The notes below the pieces were generated by a model. That model saw only the letters and a list, made by a program, of their open reading frames with translations, searched no databases and had not been told where the DNA came from. Positions 1 to 9,557 of a stretch of 64,000 bases of DNA are shown here, piece after piece; the first letter of the stretch is position 1; each line of letters begins with the position of its first letter. This stretch comes from a virus, in the IMG/VR virus record IMGVR_UViG_3300020213_000027, positions 1-64,000 of that record, one strand, 5' to 3'. A program made the position numbers and the translations under genes.

Positions 1-69
1 TGGAGAAATACCCTTCTGTTTGGCAGTTAAAGTATGAAAAAATTTACGTTGGGCGTCCGATTTGTACAT
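1..69 (-). CDS. small phage protein, 5' part only (MYKSDAQRKFFH...), runs off the window
   Basis: ATG at 69-67 follows the stop of the upstream ORF; frame is open to position 1; read manually. Confidence 0.55.
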   Translation of the reverse strand, partial: MYKSDAQRKFFHTLTAKQKGISP

Positions 70-71
70 TT

Positions 72-260
72 TTATATTCCGTATGATTTTTTAGGTTTAA
101 CATGAGCTAAGGATTTACCCGAATGAGCTGCCTTCATCATTTTTTCTTTACCATACTTTTTCATGCCAATTTTGGCAGCAACTGCAGCAGGATTTTTAGC
201 TCCAGATTTCTCTACTTTTTCTTTTAGTTTTTTAAATCCCATGTACATATTAATTTCCAA
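72..260 (-). CDS. small basic hypothetical phage protein
   Basis: ORF in the late operon; true start probably at MGFKKL. Confidence 0.6.
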   Translation of the reverse strand: MEINMYMGFKKLKEKVEKSGAKNPAAVAAKIGMKKYGKEKMMKAAHSGKSLAHVKPKKSYGI

Positions 261-2946
261 CTCTATTTACATTAATATTTGAGAAAGAAGCTCCATTGGG
301 AGTCGCATTAAGAGATCCACCTGAATCTTGGAAGAGATAGACTTTTAACTTATCTCCTGCCAAAAGAGGTAAGCTAATTATTCCTTGAACTATTTGGTTA
401 GAAACTGGTCCACCAATACCATTAGAATTTGCAAAATTATAAAAATCAGAACCATTTTTGTTAAGTGTGAATTGTCTTCTACCAGTAGCATTTTGATCCA
501 TTTCAAGCATGGAAGAGATTGTATATATCCCACTTACAGGAATAGTGATCTCACCTGTTGACGTATTCATAGAATTATGAGTATCATGATATTTAGAAGT
601 CCATATTATATATGTAGGAGTAATATTAGAAATAGATTGAGATGCTGTTCTTGAATAAGATAAAGCTACTGTTTCTACTGAGCTAATATTAGATGGACCT
701 TGAACTTGTTCAACAGCAAATACATTAGTTCCAGTACCTGTCAATAATGTTCTTGATCCTCCAGAACTTTGCGCAACATAAACCCCTGCATATTCACCTG
801 CATTCAGTTTAATCGTTTGTGATAAAGTCTGTGACCACGATAATCCAGTAGAAGTCTGCGGATATAGCAATGTTCGAGCAACAACGGTAGAACCATTCTT
901 TTTGAACATTAAGTCTAACACAACATTCAGAAAATTGGCACTATCCCAAGTTTGGGTCGTTGTTAGTCTGTAATAACCACTGACTGGAGCTGTAAAGCTA
1001 CTTCCAGAAAAAGCCGAGTGAGTATCGTAAGTAGTAGTTGCATAAGGAACCGCTGTATCTGTACCAGTAGGAATAGAAGTTCCTGCTGTATTAGCTACGC
1101 TAGCTGCAACAACTCTAGTAGCAGCATCATTACTAAATAAAACATTAGCTCCGTTATAAAATTCTTCTACGATTAAATACCCTGAACCACCAGCATAACC
1201 AGCTACACCAGTTCCTGCTGCACCTGCTGCACCAGCAGCTCCTACACCGTAAGAATATGTTGCACTTGGAGAAGTAATAATTTGTTCAAAATAGCTACCT
1301 GAAGCTCCACCACCACCAGCAAATCTAGTTGCAGTATCGCCAATAGCTCCTCCACCTCCGCCGCCAGTATTAGTAGATCCAGTAAAAGTACCAGCAGATG
1401 CAGGTGTTCCACCAGCTCCACCACCACCAAAAACACCATTACCTCCAGATCCACCAACTGGAGTAGTAGTGCTAGCTGTAGCATAAACTGCTGTTCCTCC
1501 TGGTCCACCTAGTAATGAAACACTAGGAGAACCAGAATTAGCATTCGGTGTACCACCACCACCTGATCCAGAACTTCCTGTACCTACAGCTCCGCCGCCG
1601 CCACCACTTGCAGTATAACTACTAAAAGTTGTATCGCCGCCAGTACCACCATTACCACCGCCACTCGTTGCACTTCCACCACCACCACCGCCAGCTCCAA
1701 TTGCAATAACTCTAATTGCCAAAACATTACTTGGAGTTGTGTAAGTACCAGAACCAGATGAAAATATTTGTTTAGTATTAGCTTTAGGAATTACACCATT
1801 TGCAACAACTTGTGGACCAACAGAAAAATTATCAAATTTAACAGTAAAATTATTAGTAGTAGCTGTTGCTGTGTGAATAATTAATCTATAACTAGTTGAA
1901 TTTGGAGCAGTTTGAAAAATAGCTTTGAAGGTAGATGGAGTTGTAGAACTGTTAGAAATAAGAACTGCAGGAGATATAGGAATTAATGCTGCATTAGTTA
2001 CATCATAAAGAAATGCTTCTAAATCAGAATTACCAGCATTTGTGGAAGTTGTTCCATCATTAAGAGGAGCAGTACTTGCATTTGAAGCTGTAAATGTTCC
2101 GGTATCAATTAAATAATCAAAAGAAACTGACAATACTTTTGCTTTGTCTGCTGCATCAATTGTAAAAGCGTAACCAACACCTTCACCTTGTCTATTTGCT
2201 GCTCCTGATTTAGTCCAAAGAAATGATCCTGTTCCTCGTAATGGAGTAGTAGGAGTTCTAGTCCAAGTACTATTTGGTGCTCCACCAGTTCCATCGACTG
2301 GAATATTTTGAGCCGCATCTGCATAAGTCGACCAACCAGTTGTGTCTACTTCAGCATTTGGATTTGAACTGAGATAGTTAACTCCTCCAGCAGATTCAAC
2401 TTGCCAAGAAGGAATTCCACCTACAGTTTTTAAAACTTGATTAGCAGTACCAGCAGGAAGTTTAGAAAGAGTATTTGAAGCAGATGCATAAAGGGTATCG
2501 CCAGTTGTATAAGTAGATTGAGCAGTTCCACCATTTGTAGCTGGAAGAGTTCCAGTTACTCCAGTAGTGAGAGAAACATTTGTAACTGTATTTGTTGAAC
2601 CAGAAATTGATTTATTAGTTAAAATATCTGTAGTATCTTTACCAACTAATGTATCAGTAGCATTTGGAACAGTGGTCGTGCCAGAGGTATTAAGAGTAAG
2701 AGTTCCTGCTCCACTAACCAAAGTAGCAGCTGTTGCACCACTAAGAGTATTGTTAGAGTTTCCTAAATTTTTATTAGTAAGAGTAGAAGTTTTAGCTTCT
2801 TGAACAATAGGATCAGCAGAAGAAGTGTATCCTTCATATTTATCAGTTGCGACATTATAAGCGATTTCTCCTTTTTCAGAAACAACTGAACCTGCTTGTG
2901 GATCAACCACTACTGATTTTTTAATTTTAAAACTATTTGTACTCAT
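250..2946 (-). CDS. tail fibre / receptor-binding-like virion protein with Gly-rich segment and two C-terminal C1q-like beta domains
   Basis: 898 aa, Thr/Ser/Gly-rich; TLTNK repeats; GAGGGGGG Gly-rich domain; FTAPVSGYY and ITIPVSGIY C1q-like motifs. Confidence 0.75.
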   Translation of the reverse strand: MSTNSFKIKKSVVVDPQAGSVVSEKGEIAYNVATDKYEGYTSSADPIVQEAKTSTLTNKNLGNSNNTLSGATAATLVSGAGTLTLNTSGTTTVPNATDTLVGKDTTDILTNKSISGSTNTVTNVSLTTGVTGTLPATNGGTAQSTYTTGDTLYASASNTLSKLPAGTANQVLKTVGGIPSWQVESAGGVNYLSSNPNAEVDTTGWSTYADAAQNIPVDGTGGAPNSTWTRTPTTPLRGTGSFLWTKSGAANRQGEGVGYAFTIDAADKAKVLSVSFDYLIDTGTFTASNASTAPLNDGTTSTNAGNSDLEAFLYDVTNAALIPISPAVLISNSSTTPSTFKAIFQTAPNSTSYRLIIHTATATTNNFTVKFDNFSVGPQVVANGVIPKANTKQIFSSGSGTYTTPSNVLAIRVIAIGAGGGGGGSATSGGGNGGTGGDTTFSSYTASGGGGGAVGTGSSGSGGGGTPNANSGSPSVSLLGGPGGTAVYATASTTTPVGGSGGNGVFGGGGAGGTPASAGTFTGSTNTGGGGGGAIGDTATRFAGGGGASGSYFEQIITSPSATYSYGVGAAGAAGAAGTGVAGYAGGSGYLIVEEFYNGANVLFSNDAATRVVAASVANTAGTSIPTGTDTAVPYATTTYDTHSAFSGSSFTAPVSGYYRLTTTQTWDSANFLNVVLDLMFKKNGSTVVARTLLYPQTSTGLSWSQTLSQTIKLNAGEYAGVYVAQSSGGSRTLLTGTGTNVFAVEQVQGPSNISSVETVALSYSRTASQSISNITPTYIIWTSKYHDTHNSMNTSTGEITIPVSGIYTISSMLEMDQNATGRRQFTLNKNGSDFYNFANSNGIGGPVSNQIVQGIISLPLLAGDKLKVYLFQDSGGSLNATPNGASFSNINVNRVGN

Positions 2947-2973
2947 ATATTATATTCTTTCTATATTCCAGAA

Positions 2974-3447
2974 TTAAGTTTGAAGAAACGATTTTGCTGT
3001 AAATTTAAGTTTTCCAACATAACTTGCGCCGCTAAGGTTAGAAGAGGTATATTGAACTTGCCCAGCGTTTGTAATGCTAAATACAACTCCTGATAATCCA
3101 GTAAAATTTTGGGCAATAGTCCAAGTTGCAGCTGTGCTCAAATAAGTCACATAGATTTGACCGCATTCAGATAATTCTGATGATGCTGTTGATCGATATA
3201 AACTATAGGAAATTATTGCAGATCTTACTACTGTAGAATCAAAAGATAAACCAGTAATGTCAGCAACTGAAGCTTGATTATTAGCTACTGTAAAATTTGT
3301 AAGTAATATGTCCGAAAGTCCAACAGTAAAATTTAAAACATTAGTAATTGCTACTAATAAGTCAGAAAGGTCAGATCCCCAAGCTGGATTTTGACCCTGA
3401 ACAGGTATAGAATAAGTAGAACCATCTATTATTACGGATATAGCCAT
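2974..3447 (-). CDS. putative virion structural protein
   Basis: beta-rich 157 aa, upstream of the tail fibre, GGAG RBS, preceded by the AATTAACAAG motif. Confidence 0.55.
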   Translation of the reverse strand: MAISVIIDGSTYSIPVQGQNPAWGSDLSDLLVAITNVLNFTVGLSDILLTNFTVANNQASVADITGLSFDSTVVRSAIISYSLYRSTASSELSECGQIYVTYLSTAATWTIAQNFTGLSGVVFSITNAGQVQYTSSNLSGASYVGKLKFTAKSFLQT

Positions 3448-3472
3448 GAAACTCCTAGGATCTCTATATATA

Positions 3473-3482
3473 CTTGTTAATT
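3473..3482 (-). promoter_or_regulatory. AATTAACAAG repeated motif (putative late promoter), copy 1
   Basis: exact 10-mer about 25 bp upstream of the 3447 start. Confidence 0.6.
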
Positions 3483-3531
3483 TATTGGGGAATTTTTTAA
3501 AATAATCAGAATAAATCTAAGTTATTAGAAC

Positions 3532-3951
3532 TTAAGGTATAAAGATTCTTTTTTTAGATTTAGGAGGATTTCCTTGTAAATGGCACCAACCTTCAGTATG
3601 ATCTGGAGATTCTAGCCACAATCCTATTTTTTCTAATATATTTAAGTTATTAAGACACCACTCATCTAGTTTGCCGTCTGTATCTTCTAAATCAACAGCA
3701 AACGCATTAAGATGCTGAGAACCCATAGGCACCTTAGAAATAGCATAATTCGAACCTAATTTTTCTTTATAGATTCGAATATGATCTTCCATTTTTCTAA
3801 ATCCACTAGTTATGGATCTATATGATCCAAATTTTTCCAATAAGTCATTAACTTTAGGAATAAGGGTGTTCATATTTTGAATTTGTTTATCATTCAATTC
3901 ATCATACTTAGTTTGACCTAAGTACTCTAATACACTAATATATTTCATCAT
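3532..3951 (-). CDS. peptidase M15-like (Zn D-Ala-D-Ala peptidase), candidate endolysin
   Basis: ITSGFR...SQHLNAFAVDL...WCHLQ metal-binding motifs. Confidence 0.75.
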   Translation of the reverse strand: MMKYISVLEYLGQTKYDELNDKQIQNMNTLIPKVNDLLEKFGSYRSITSGFRKMEDHIRIYKEKLGSNYAISKVPMGSQHLNAFAVDLEDTDGKLDEWCLNNLNILEKIGLWLESPDHTEGWCHLQGNPPKSKKRIFIP

Positions 3952-4157
3952 TTTCTATATGCTTTTTTTAATTCAGGACAATGAAAGGACCAATCCTTGA
4001 TATTCCAACTATTTGACTCTTTTCGATAAGCTTTACCATTTTGTGGAGCTTCATCTTCGGGTTTGTTTCTGACAGCTCGATTTGCTTTTCTTTTAGGAAA
4101 TTTCGTACTTCCATTTTGTTGATCAGTAAAATAGGGTTTTTTTCTACTTCTACTCAT
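3948..4157 (-). CDS. hypothetical basic protein
   Basis: ORF overlapping both neighbours. Confidence 0.6.
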   Translation of the reverse strand: MSRSRKKPYFTDQQNGSTKFPKRKANRAVRNKPEDEAPQNGKAYRKESNSWNIKDWSFHCPELKKAYRK

Positions 4158-4347
4158 CTTCTGATCTAAAAATATTAGTAACTACTTCAAAATGTCTATA
4201 ATCTTCCCAAATCATAGAAACAAAGACCTGTATACAAATAGAATTTTCGAATACATCTAATACAAAATAATAATTAGAATCTAGATCTTTATATCTTGCT
4301 TGAACAATATCACCACGTTTAATGTACATGTTTATTAAGTGGTTCAA
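4150..4347 (-). CDS. small protein of the GD[IL][IV]...[ST]xxFR family
   Basis: IKRGDIV start and EVVTNIFR end shared with several other small ORFs. Confidence 0.55.
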   Translation of the reverse strand: MNHLINMYIKRGDIVQARYKDLDSNYYFVLDVFENSICIQVFVSMIWEDYRHFEVVTNIFRSEDE

Positions 4348-4687
4348 TTTTATCTAAATTAATTAGATCTATATCCCATCTATCATAGGCTTCTTCATTA
4401 AAATAGGTTCTACCATCTGAGGAAATATAAAAAACATCGCTTAATAAAACTTTATACATATTAGAAATATTAATTATGCATTGAGCTACATTTATACTAT
4501 TTGAGTAATTAATAGATAAACTTAATAAAACTTCATCTGGATAATGCTCATCTATTATTAAGTAAGCAAAAGGAAGAACAGTTTTATCTTCTGCTACTAC
4601 TAAGATATTATCATGCTTAAAATAAGTAAAATATTCAGCAGATAATATTTTTTGGATATCTAAAAGAATGGGTTGTTCCATAATCAC
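4319..4687 (-). CDS. hypothetical protein
   Basis: 122-aa ORF directly after an AATTAACAAG motif. Confidence 0.55.
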   Translation of the reverse strand: MIMEQPILLDIQKILSAEYFTYFKHDNILVVAEDKTVLPFAYLIIDEHYPDEVLLSLSINYSNSINVAQCIINISNMYKVLLSDVFYISSDGRTYFNEEAYDRWDIDLINLDKIEPLNKHVH

Positions 4688-4688
4688 A

Positions 4689-4698
4689 CTTGTTAATT
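4689..4698 (-). promoter_or_regulatory. AATTAACAAG motif, copy 2
   Basis: exact 10-mer immediately upstream of ORF 4319..4687. Confidence 0.55.
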
Positions 4699-4707
4699 AT
4701 AGCACAA

Positions 4708-6108
4708 CTAGATATCAAATTTCCACACATATCCTTTATAAGATCTCTTATATTTAATAGCTTGTCCAATATTACTATTTTGAAATCCGGCCTCTTTAGC
4801 TTTAATAGCTGAGTTAAATTTAATAACTTCATTAGTTTCATTATGGGTGCCAATTACGGCTTTAGAATTCATTTTGGAAGTCTGTAGGCGTCTTTCAGGA
4901 CGTTTAGAAGCTTCACCACCAGCTATTGCACCAGGAAGTCTAGAAGCGTTATATTCCGCTTCTGGAAGAAGAGGAGAGGGATTTTCTTGTTTCCATATAG
5001 TAGATATGACATATCGACATTTTTTGCAATAGCAATCAAAAACATTTCTATCCTCTAAAAAAGTATAATTTTGTAGTTCTTTATATTTGAAACACTTAGA
5101 ACACTCTCTATTTTCTATATTATCAATAAGTTTATTAATTTTTGGTATTTTCATTCCAATAGGAAGTTTTTGAGGATTTATTTTGTGGTATTGTGCTCTA
5201 ATTTGCGATAATTTTTCTTTTGTTTCTTCTGAATGGATGTAACCTTGCGTTCCTTCGCCTCCTTCTGTTTCGTTTGTTAGATCATTTCCAAGATCATTAT
5301 AGTATTTAATCCAAAATGTTTCTTTATCATTTAATAAATCATAATTAAATACGTTCTCTATCACTATAACTTTAGGTTTTAGTTGTTGATTATATAAGGA
5401 TTTAATCCAATTTTGTTTTCTATTGTGCCCTTCTAAAGAAGAAGGTTTAAAATGTTCATAAGGTCTATTTAAACCTGTTGTAGATTTGCCGACATATCTA
5501 ATCACAGATGTTAAAGGATCTTGTAATCCGTATATTATATTTAATGAAGTTTCTTTTAAATAAAAGACAAACTTATATTTTTGTAACTCTAGTATTTTAA
5601 GGAGGTTTTCTAACTTTGCTTGTTCTATTTCTTTTCTATTATTCTTTTTTGCCCTGTCCCAAACTTGTTTTTTATGTATTCTATTTTTATCTACATCTTC
5701 ATAATGATAATTTTCTGGAGTTTTTCCCAAATACTTAAAATTACTAGCTTTATAAACTGTTCCGACATGATTTTGAGTAGGATCTGCAAAAGTAACAATT
5801 GAATCATAATCTGTATTTATTTTAAGCCATCTTAGACATTTAGAAATAAAATAGGATTCAGAATTTTTTGGTGTGTCATCTATCAATACTAGTCTATTTA
5901 ATTCAATAGTTTTATATCCTTTAGGAACACGAATATTTTGTCTAGAAGGATTAGAAAAAGTACATACACCAAGTACTTGATTATTTAATTTTAATAAAAA
6001 ACCATAGCGTATAGACCCAGATTTTTTAGTATAGTGATTCTGTTTAATAAAATCTCTACAAATATTTTTGTTCGTGTCTAATTCAATTATAAAATCTTTT
6101 ATCTTCAT
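4708..6108 (-). CDS. Mom-like (GNAT) adenine-modification domain fused to GIY-YIG endonuclease, NUMOD3, Zn finger and NUMOD1-type HTH
   Basis: NHY...GVCTF...ELNRL...PKNSESYFIS...TFADPTQNHVGTVYKASNF (Mom-like); IIYGLQDP...IRYVGKS (GIY-YIG); GGEG..G..HSEETKEKLS (NUMOD3); CSKC/CKKC; FNSAIKA...KGYVWKF. Confidence 0.75.
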   Translation of the reverse strand: MKIKDFIIELDTNKNICRDFIKQNHYTKKSGSIRYGFLLKLNNQVLGVCTFSNPSRQNIRVPKGYKTIELNRLVLIDDTPKNSESYFISKCLRWLKINTDYDSIVTFADPTQNHVGTVYKASNFKYLGKTPENYHYEDVDKNRIHKKQVWDRAKKNNRKEIEQAKLENLLKILELQKYKFVFYLKETSLNIIYGLQDPLTSVIRYVGKSTTGLNRPYEHFKPSSLEGHNRKQNWIKSLYNQQLKPKVIVIENVFNYDLLNDKETFWIKYYNDLGNDLTNETEGGEGTQGYIHSEETKEKLSQIRAQYHKINPQKLPIGMKIPKINKLIDNIENRECSKCFKYKELQNYTFLEDRNVFDCYCKKCRYVISTIWKQENPSPLLPEAEYNASRLPGAIAGGEASKRPERRLQTSKMNSKAVIGTHNETNEVIKFNSAIKAKEAGFQNSNIGQAIKYKRSYKGYVWKFDI

Positions 6109-6115
6109 ATTATTT

Positions 6116-6144
6116 ATATTAAGCTAAATTTGTTTATTTGTCAA
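6116..6144 (-). promoter_or_regulatory. sigma70-like promoter for the Mom/GIY-YIG gene
   Basis: TTGACA-17 nt-TAATAT on the minus strand just upstream of 6108. Confidence 0.5.
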
Positions 6145-6184
6145 ATAGTTTTTTAAAATGGCTTTATTATGTATTATAAGAAAT

Positions 6185-6214
6185 AAAAAAGGGAGCCGAT
6201 TTCTCAGCTCCCCT
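6185..6214 (-). terminator. Rho-independent terminator after the major capsid gene
   Basis: GGGAGC/GCTCCC hairpin followed by a T-run on the minus strand. Confidence 0.75.
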
Positions 6215-6244
6215 CTTAATTTTTATTAGTTATTAACTAACTAA

Positions 6245-7471
6245 TTATGAATTTACGATTGCTGTTATAATGACATTTCTTCCAGGAGCCGCACAGAAGA
6301 GGGCCATGTCTGAGAATGCTCGGAGTTCAACCCCTGCGCTATTTTCAAGCTCACGGAAGAAGTTTCCTTCCATTCCAGGTCTCTTGAAAGTAACATCAGT
6401 GCTGCCTACTCTTGCAAATTCCTTAAGATCAAGGATATAAGCATAACCTTCTTTGACATAAATAGAAGGTTCGATAGTAACCATACCATTTTGTCCATAG
6501 AACTTGATGGATTTTCCACCGTTGTTCATTTCAGAAGGACCGTATGATTGATCATATCGTCTAAGAGCAGCTTGTTCAGAAAGAAGATCTGCCCAAGTTT
6601 TCGGGTTAACCATCACAGTTACATCACTGTCCAAGCCCTTTGCTACTGCAGAAGCAATAGCTCTTTCAATTTTAGCAAGAGAAAGAGAAGCTGAACCAGC
6701 AGAGTAAGTATTTCCAGACCAGAGCGAGAACGCACTAGCAGAAATGTTGAAAAGAGTTCCAGTGTTTGTCAAGATTTTATGAACACCAGCAAACTCATTG
6801 CCGTAAGCACCTTTATGCCAAATAACGTCAGTACCGGTAGTTCCAGCAGGAAGCAAATCAACAGTGACAGTTCTAGCAGAAAGATCTACAGAGCTAACAT
6901 TAGCATTACCACGAGAAGTGGTACCAGCAGAATCACGAATTTCGATTGGCATATTTTCAGCGCCAGCCCAAATTCCAGGAGCGAATTCTGTAGTAGTAAT
7001 AGTAATAACATTACCAGCTGTAGAAGCTACTGTGCCATAACCCATTTGACCATAAAGAAGCTCAATTTCAAGCTTTTTGGTGATCGAACGAAGCATGTTT
7101 GCAACCAAGAACTTGGTAGCATCCATAAATGCTTTAGAGCCGCCTTGAGCAGCACGTGAAGCAGCAGTATATCCAAGAACAGATCTTAGAACTACTGGGT
7201 TACCACGAACTTGAGCATCTTTAATCTGTCCAGCTACAGGAGCGTTAAGATTAAAAGCGTCATCATCGCTAGAAGCGAAGGTAACACCATGTTCATGTCC
7301 AAGAATAACTGGTTGATGGTAAAGATTACCAGGTTGTTTTTCTTTAGAAATAAACTCGATCATACGATAAAGTTTAAGTCCTTCAGGAATAAGATTTTCC
7401 AATTTGTCAGCATACGTCTCTTTGAAAAGACCGTTAAGTGTATCTGAGAAAGTATTTGCACTATTTGCCAT
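6245..7471 (-). CDS. major capsid protein
   Basis: 408 aa; LNGLFKETY N-terminus; downstream of scaffold-like gene; strong RBS (GAGG); followed by a terminator. Confidence 0.8.
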   Translation of the reverse strand: MANSANTFSDTLNGLFKETYADKLENLIPEGLKLYRMIEFISKEKQPGNLYHQPVILGHEHGVTFASSDDDAFNLNAPVAGQIKDAQVRGNPVVLRSVLGYTAASRAAQGGSKAFMDATKFLVANMLRSITKKLEIELLYGQMGYGTVASTAGNVITITTTEFAPGIWAGAENMPIEIRDSAGTTSRGNANVSSVDLSARTVTVDLLPAGTTGTDVIWHKGAYGNEFAGVHKILTNTGTLFNISASAFSLWSGNTYSAGSASLSLAKIERAIASAVAKGLDSDVTVMVNPKTWADLLSEQAALRRYDQSYGPSEMNNGGKSIKFYGQNGMVTIEPSIYVKEGYAYILDLKEFARVGSTDVTFKRPGMEGNFFRELENSAGVELRAFSDMALFCAAPGRNVIITAIVNS

Positions 7472-7502
7472 ATAAAATATCCTCTATTTATTAAATTAGT
7501 TT

Positions 7503-7946
7503 TTAAGCTTTAGAAACGCGATAATCAACAATCAATGTAGCTGTAAGACTAGTTGAAGAAAGATCTCCAGACCAATCAACAGATACTGCAATATTTCCAC
7601 TAGCGGTAACACCAGTAGTAGAAGCACCTTTTCTGGTAACTGTAGCAGTTCCAGAAGAAAGATTGACCAACTGAACATCAAGCAACTTTTCAACAGTTCC
7701 TAGACTAGACATCAACACACCAAAAATACCATTAGCATCTACAGGAGTAGTAAAAGTAGTGCCGGTATCAATAGCTGTTGCTGCAGCAGTAAGACCTTCT
7801 GTAGCAAGAGTCATAGCAGCTGAAAGATCAGAAGCATGAGTTTTGCTAGCAGGGGTAGCGTTAAAGGTGATTGTAAAAGGGACAGCTAGGCGTTTTTCTC
7901 GAAGCTTATAATCTTCAACACCTGAATTTTTATCTCTATGAGACAT
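7503..7946 (-). CDS. putative capsid decoration/cement protein
   Basis: Thr/Ala/Ser-rich 147 aa directly upstream of the MCP, GGAG RBS. Confidence 0.5.
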   Translation of the reverse strand: MSHRDKNSGVEDYKLREKRLAVPFTITFNATPASKTHASDLSAAMTLATEGLTAAATAIDTGTTFTTPVDANGIFGVLMSSLGTVEKLLDVQLVNLSSGTATVTRKGASTTGVTASGNIAVSVDWSGDLSSTSLTATLIVDYRVSKA

Positions 7947-8100
7947 GTTTATTCTCCATTCAAATTAAAGTTAGTTATTAAAATTAAAATACCATTTTTG
8001 GTTCTTTAATCTTTAATTCTCATGGCAGGTAGGGTAGACTATCGCTTTTGGTAGATAGCATCCCCTGAAGGGAAATAAAGTAGAGGACCACTTAATACTA

Positions 8101-8110
8101 CTTGTTAATT
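8101..8110 (-). promoter_or_regulatory. AATTAACAAG motif, copy 3 (capsid operon)
   Basis: exact 10-mer about 155 bp upstream of 7946. Confidence 0.6.
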
Positions 8111-8169
8111 TTTACACTTCCTTGTGTAAATAATTATTGACTTTTATAAGTTATTGATTTTATTGACTA

Positions 8170-9108
8170 TTAAACTTTCAGAAAATCTCTAATAGTCTGT
8201 TTTTTAACGGGTTCTTTAGATTCAGCTTTTTTTGATTCTGAAGTTCCAGTAGATTTTACCGAACTAGAAGTTTCTACAGCTTTAGCTTTAGCAACATTCT
8301 TCTTTCTTAGTCTTCCTATGATTTCTTTACCAATGAAATCTTCTAATTGATCATCACTTAGAGCATTCATGAGCTCTTTAAATTCAGAAATATTAGTATT
8401 TTTGATAATAGGAGCAATTTCTTGAGCAGAAAGTTCAATTCCATGTTCAAGAGCAATCATCATCATTTCAGCCATACCTTTAACCGTACGCGCAGTTTTA
8501 GGTAGACCGCTCACATCAAGAGCAGATGAAATTTCACTTTCAAGATTACGTTCATGTTCTGCCTGAAGACGTTCCATCTCTTTAGCATTAAAAGATTTCT
8601 TTTCATCTTCTCGTTGTTGTTTTAGATCTTCAAGCTCTTTTACTAGTTTATCATGAGCACGTTGTTCAGGAGATTTTTCCATATCCTGAATAGTTTCGTT
8701 CATGATTTCCTCAGCAAATTTCTTAAGATCTACGCCAATATTTGGATCAGAAAGAACTTTTCTAGGATTTTTTTTAAGTTCTTCGATAAATTGAATAGCA
8801 GCTTTTCTAACTTCAGCTGCTTCTTGAAACTTGCTATCAGAAGCTTCAGCTTTTTGAAGATAACGAACTACATCCTCATCATTAGAAAGATCTAGTTTAA
8901 TAGATTTTTCACGTCCATTAACCTTAAGTTTATATTCTTTAAGGACTTTTTCTTCTTTTTTTGTGAGTTTTTCTCCATCTTCTTTCTTAGCTTCTAGAAC
9001 TTCAGCTTCAGTATCAGGAGGAGTTTCTACTAGATTGTCAGTATGGTTAGTGGAATTAAGAACTTCGGCAGCAGCTGCAGGAGCTGCATTTGACATTGCA
9101 TCAGACAT
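8170..9108 (-). CDS. capsid scaffolding-like protein
   Basis: acidic N-terminus, YKLKVNGRE motif, coiled coil; located upstream of the capsid genes. Confidence 0.7.
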   Translation of the reverse strand: MSDAMSNAAPAAAAEVLNSTNHTDNLVETPPDTEAEVLEAKKEDGEKLTKKEEKVLKEYKLKVNGREKSIKLDLSNDEDVVRYLQKAEASDSKFQEAAEVRKAAIQFIEELKKNPRKVLSDPNIGVDLKKFAEEIMNETIQDMEKSPEQRAHDKLVKELEDLKQQREDEKKSFNAKEMERLQAEHERNLESEISSALDVSGLPKTARTVKGMAEMMMIALEHGIELSAQEIAPIIKNTNISEFKELMNALSDDQLEDFIGKEIIGRLRKKNVAKAKAVETSSSVKSTGTSESKKAESKEPVKKQTIRDFLKV

Positions 9109-9171
9109 AATATATCCTTTATAGGGGTAATTTCTCCCATGCTTTATTGCGTAGGGAGGTTTATATCTACA

Positions 9172-9181
9172 CTTGTTAATT
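9172..9181 (-). promoter_or_regulatory. AATTAACAAG motif, copy 4
   Basis: exact 10-mer about 63 bp upstream of the scaffold start. Confidence 0.6.
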
Positions 9182-9222
9182 TTTTATAAAGTCAAGCAAA
9201 ATTTATACAAATTATTATAATT

Positions 9223-9549
9223 TTACTGATACCCTAAAGTTCCAGTAAAATCCGCGTTAGTTAAAATGGCGTTTGTTAGATTAATTCCGGTTAAAATTGC
9301 CCCAAACATCCGGCAACCAGTTAGATTTGCTCCCGATAGATTAGCTCCATCTAGCATTGCTCCAGTTAGATCTGCTTCAACTAAGCTAGCTCCAGCTAGA
9401 TTTGCATTAATGAGGATTTTTCCAGCTAGATCTGCGTACTGTAAAGAAACTGCTTGGGCCACTGCTAGCTCAACTGCCATTTTCATCGAATCTGCTGTGC
9501 ATTCAAAAATTACTGAGGAAGTCCATCTGTTCTTAATCTGTATTCTCAT
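9223..9549 (-). CDS. pentapeptide-repeat protein
   Basis: tandem A[DN]LxG pentapeptides. Confidence 0.85.
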   Translation of the reverse strand: MRIQIKNRWTSSVIFECTADSMKMAVELAVAQAVSLQYADLAGKILINANLAGASLVEADLTGAMLDGANLSGANLTGCRMFGAILTGINLTNAILTNADFTGTLGYQ

Positions 9550-9557
9550 ATAATCTC

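Noticed and set aside
1300-1700. CCACCA/CCGCCG-rich repeats
   Set aside because: Explained by Gly codons of the tail-fibre Gly-rich domain.
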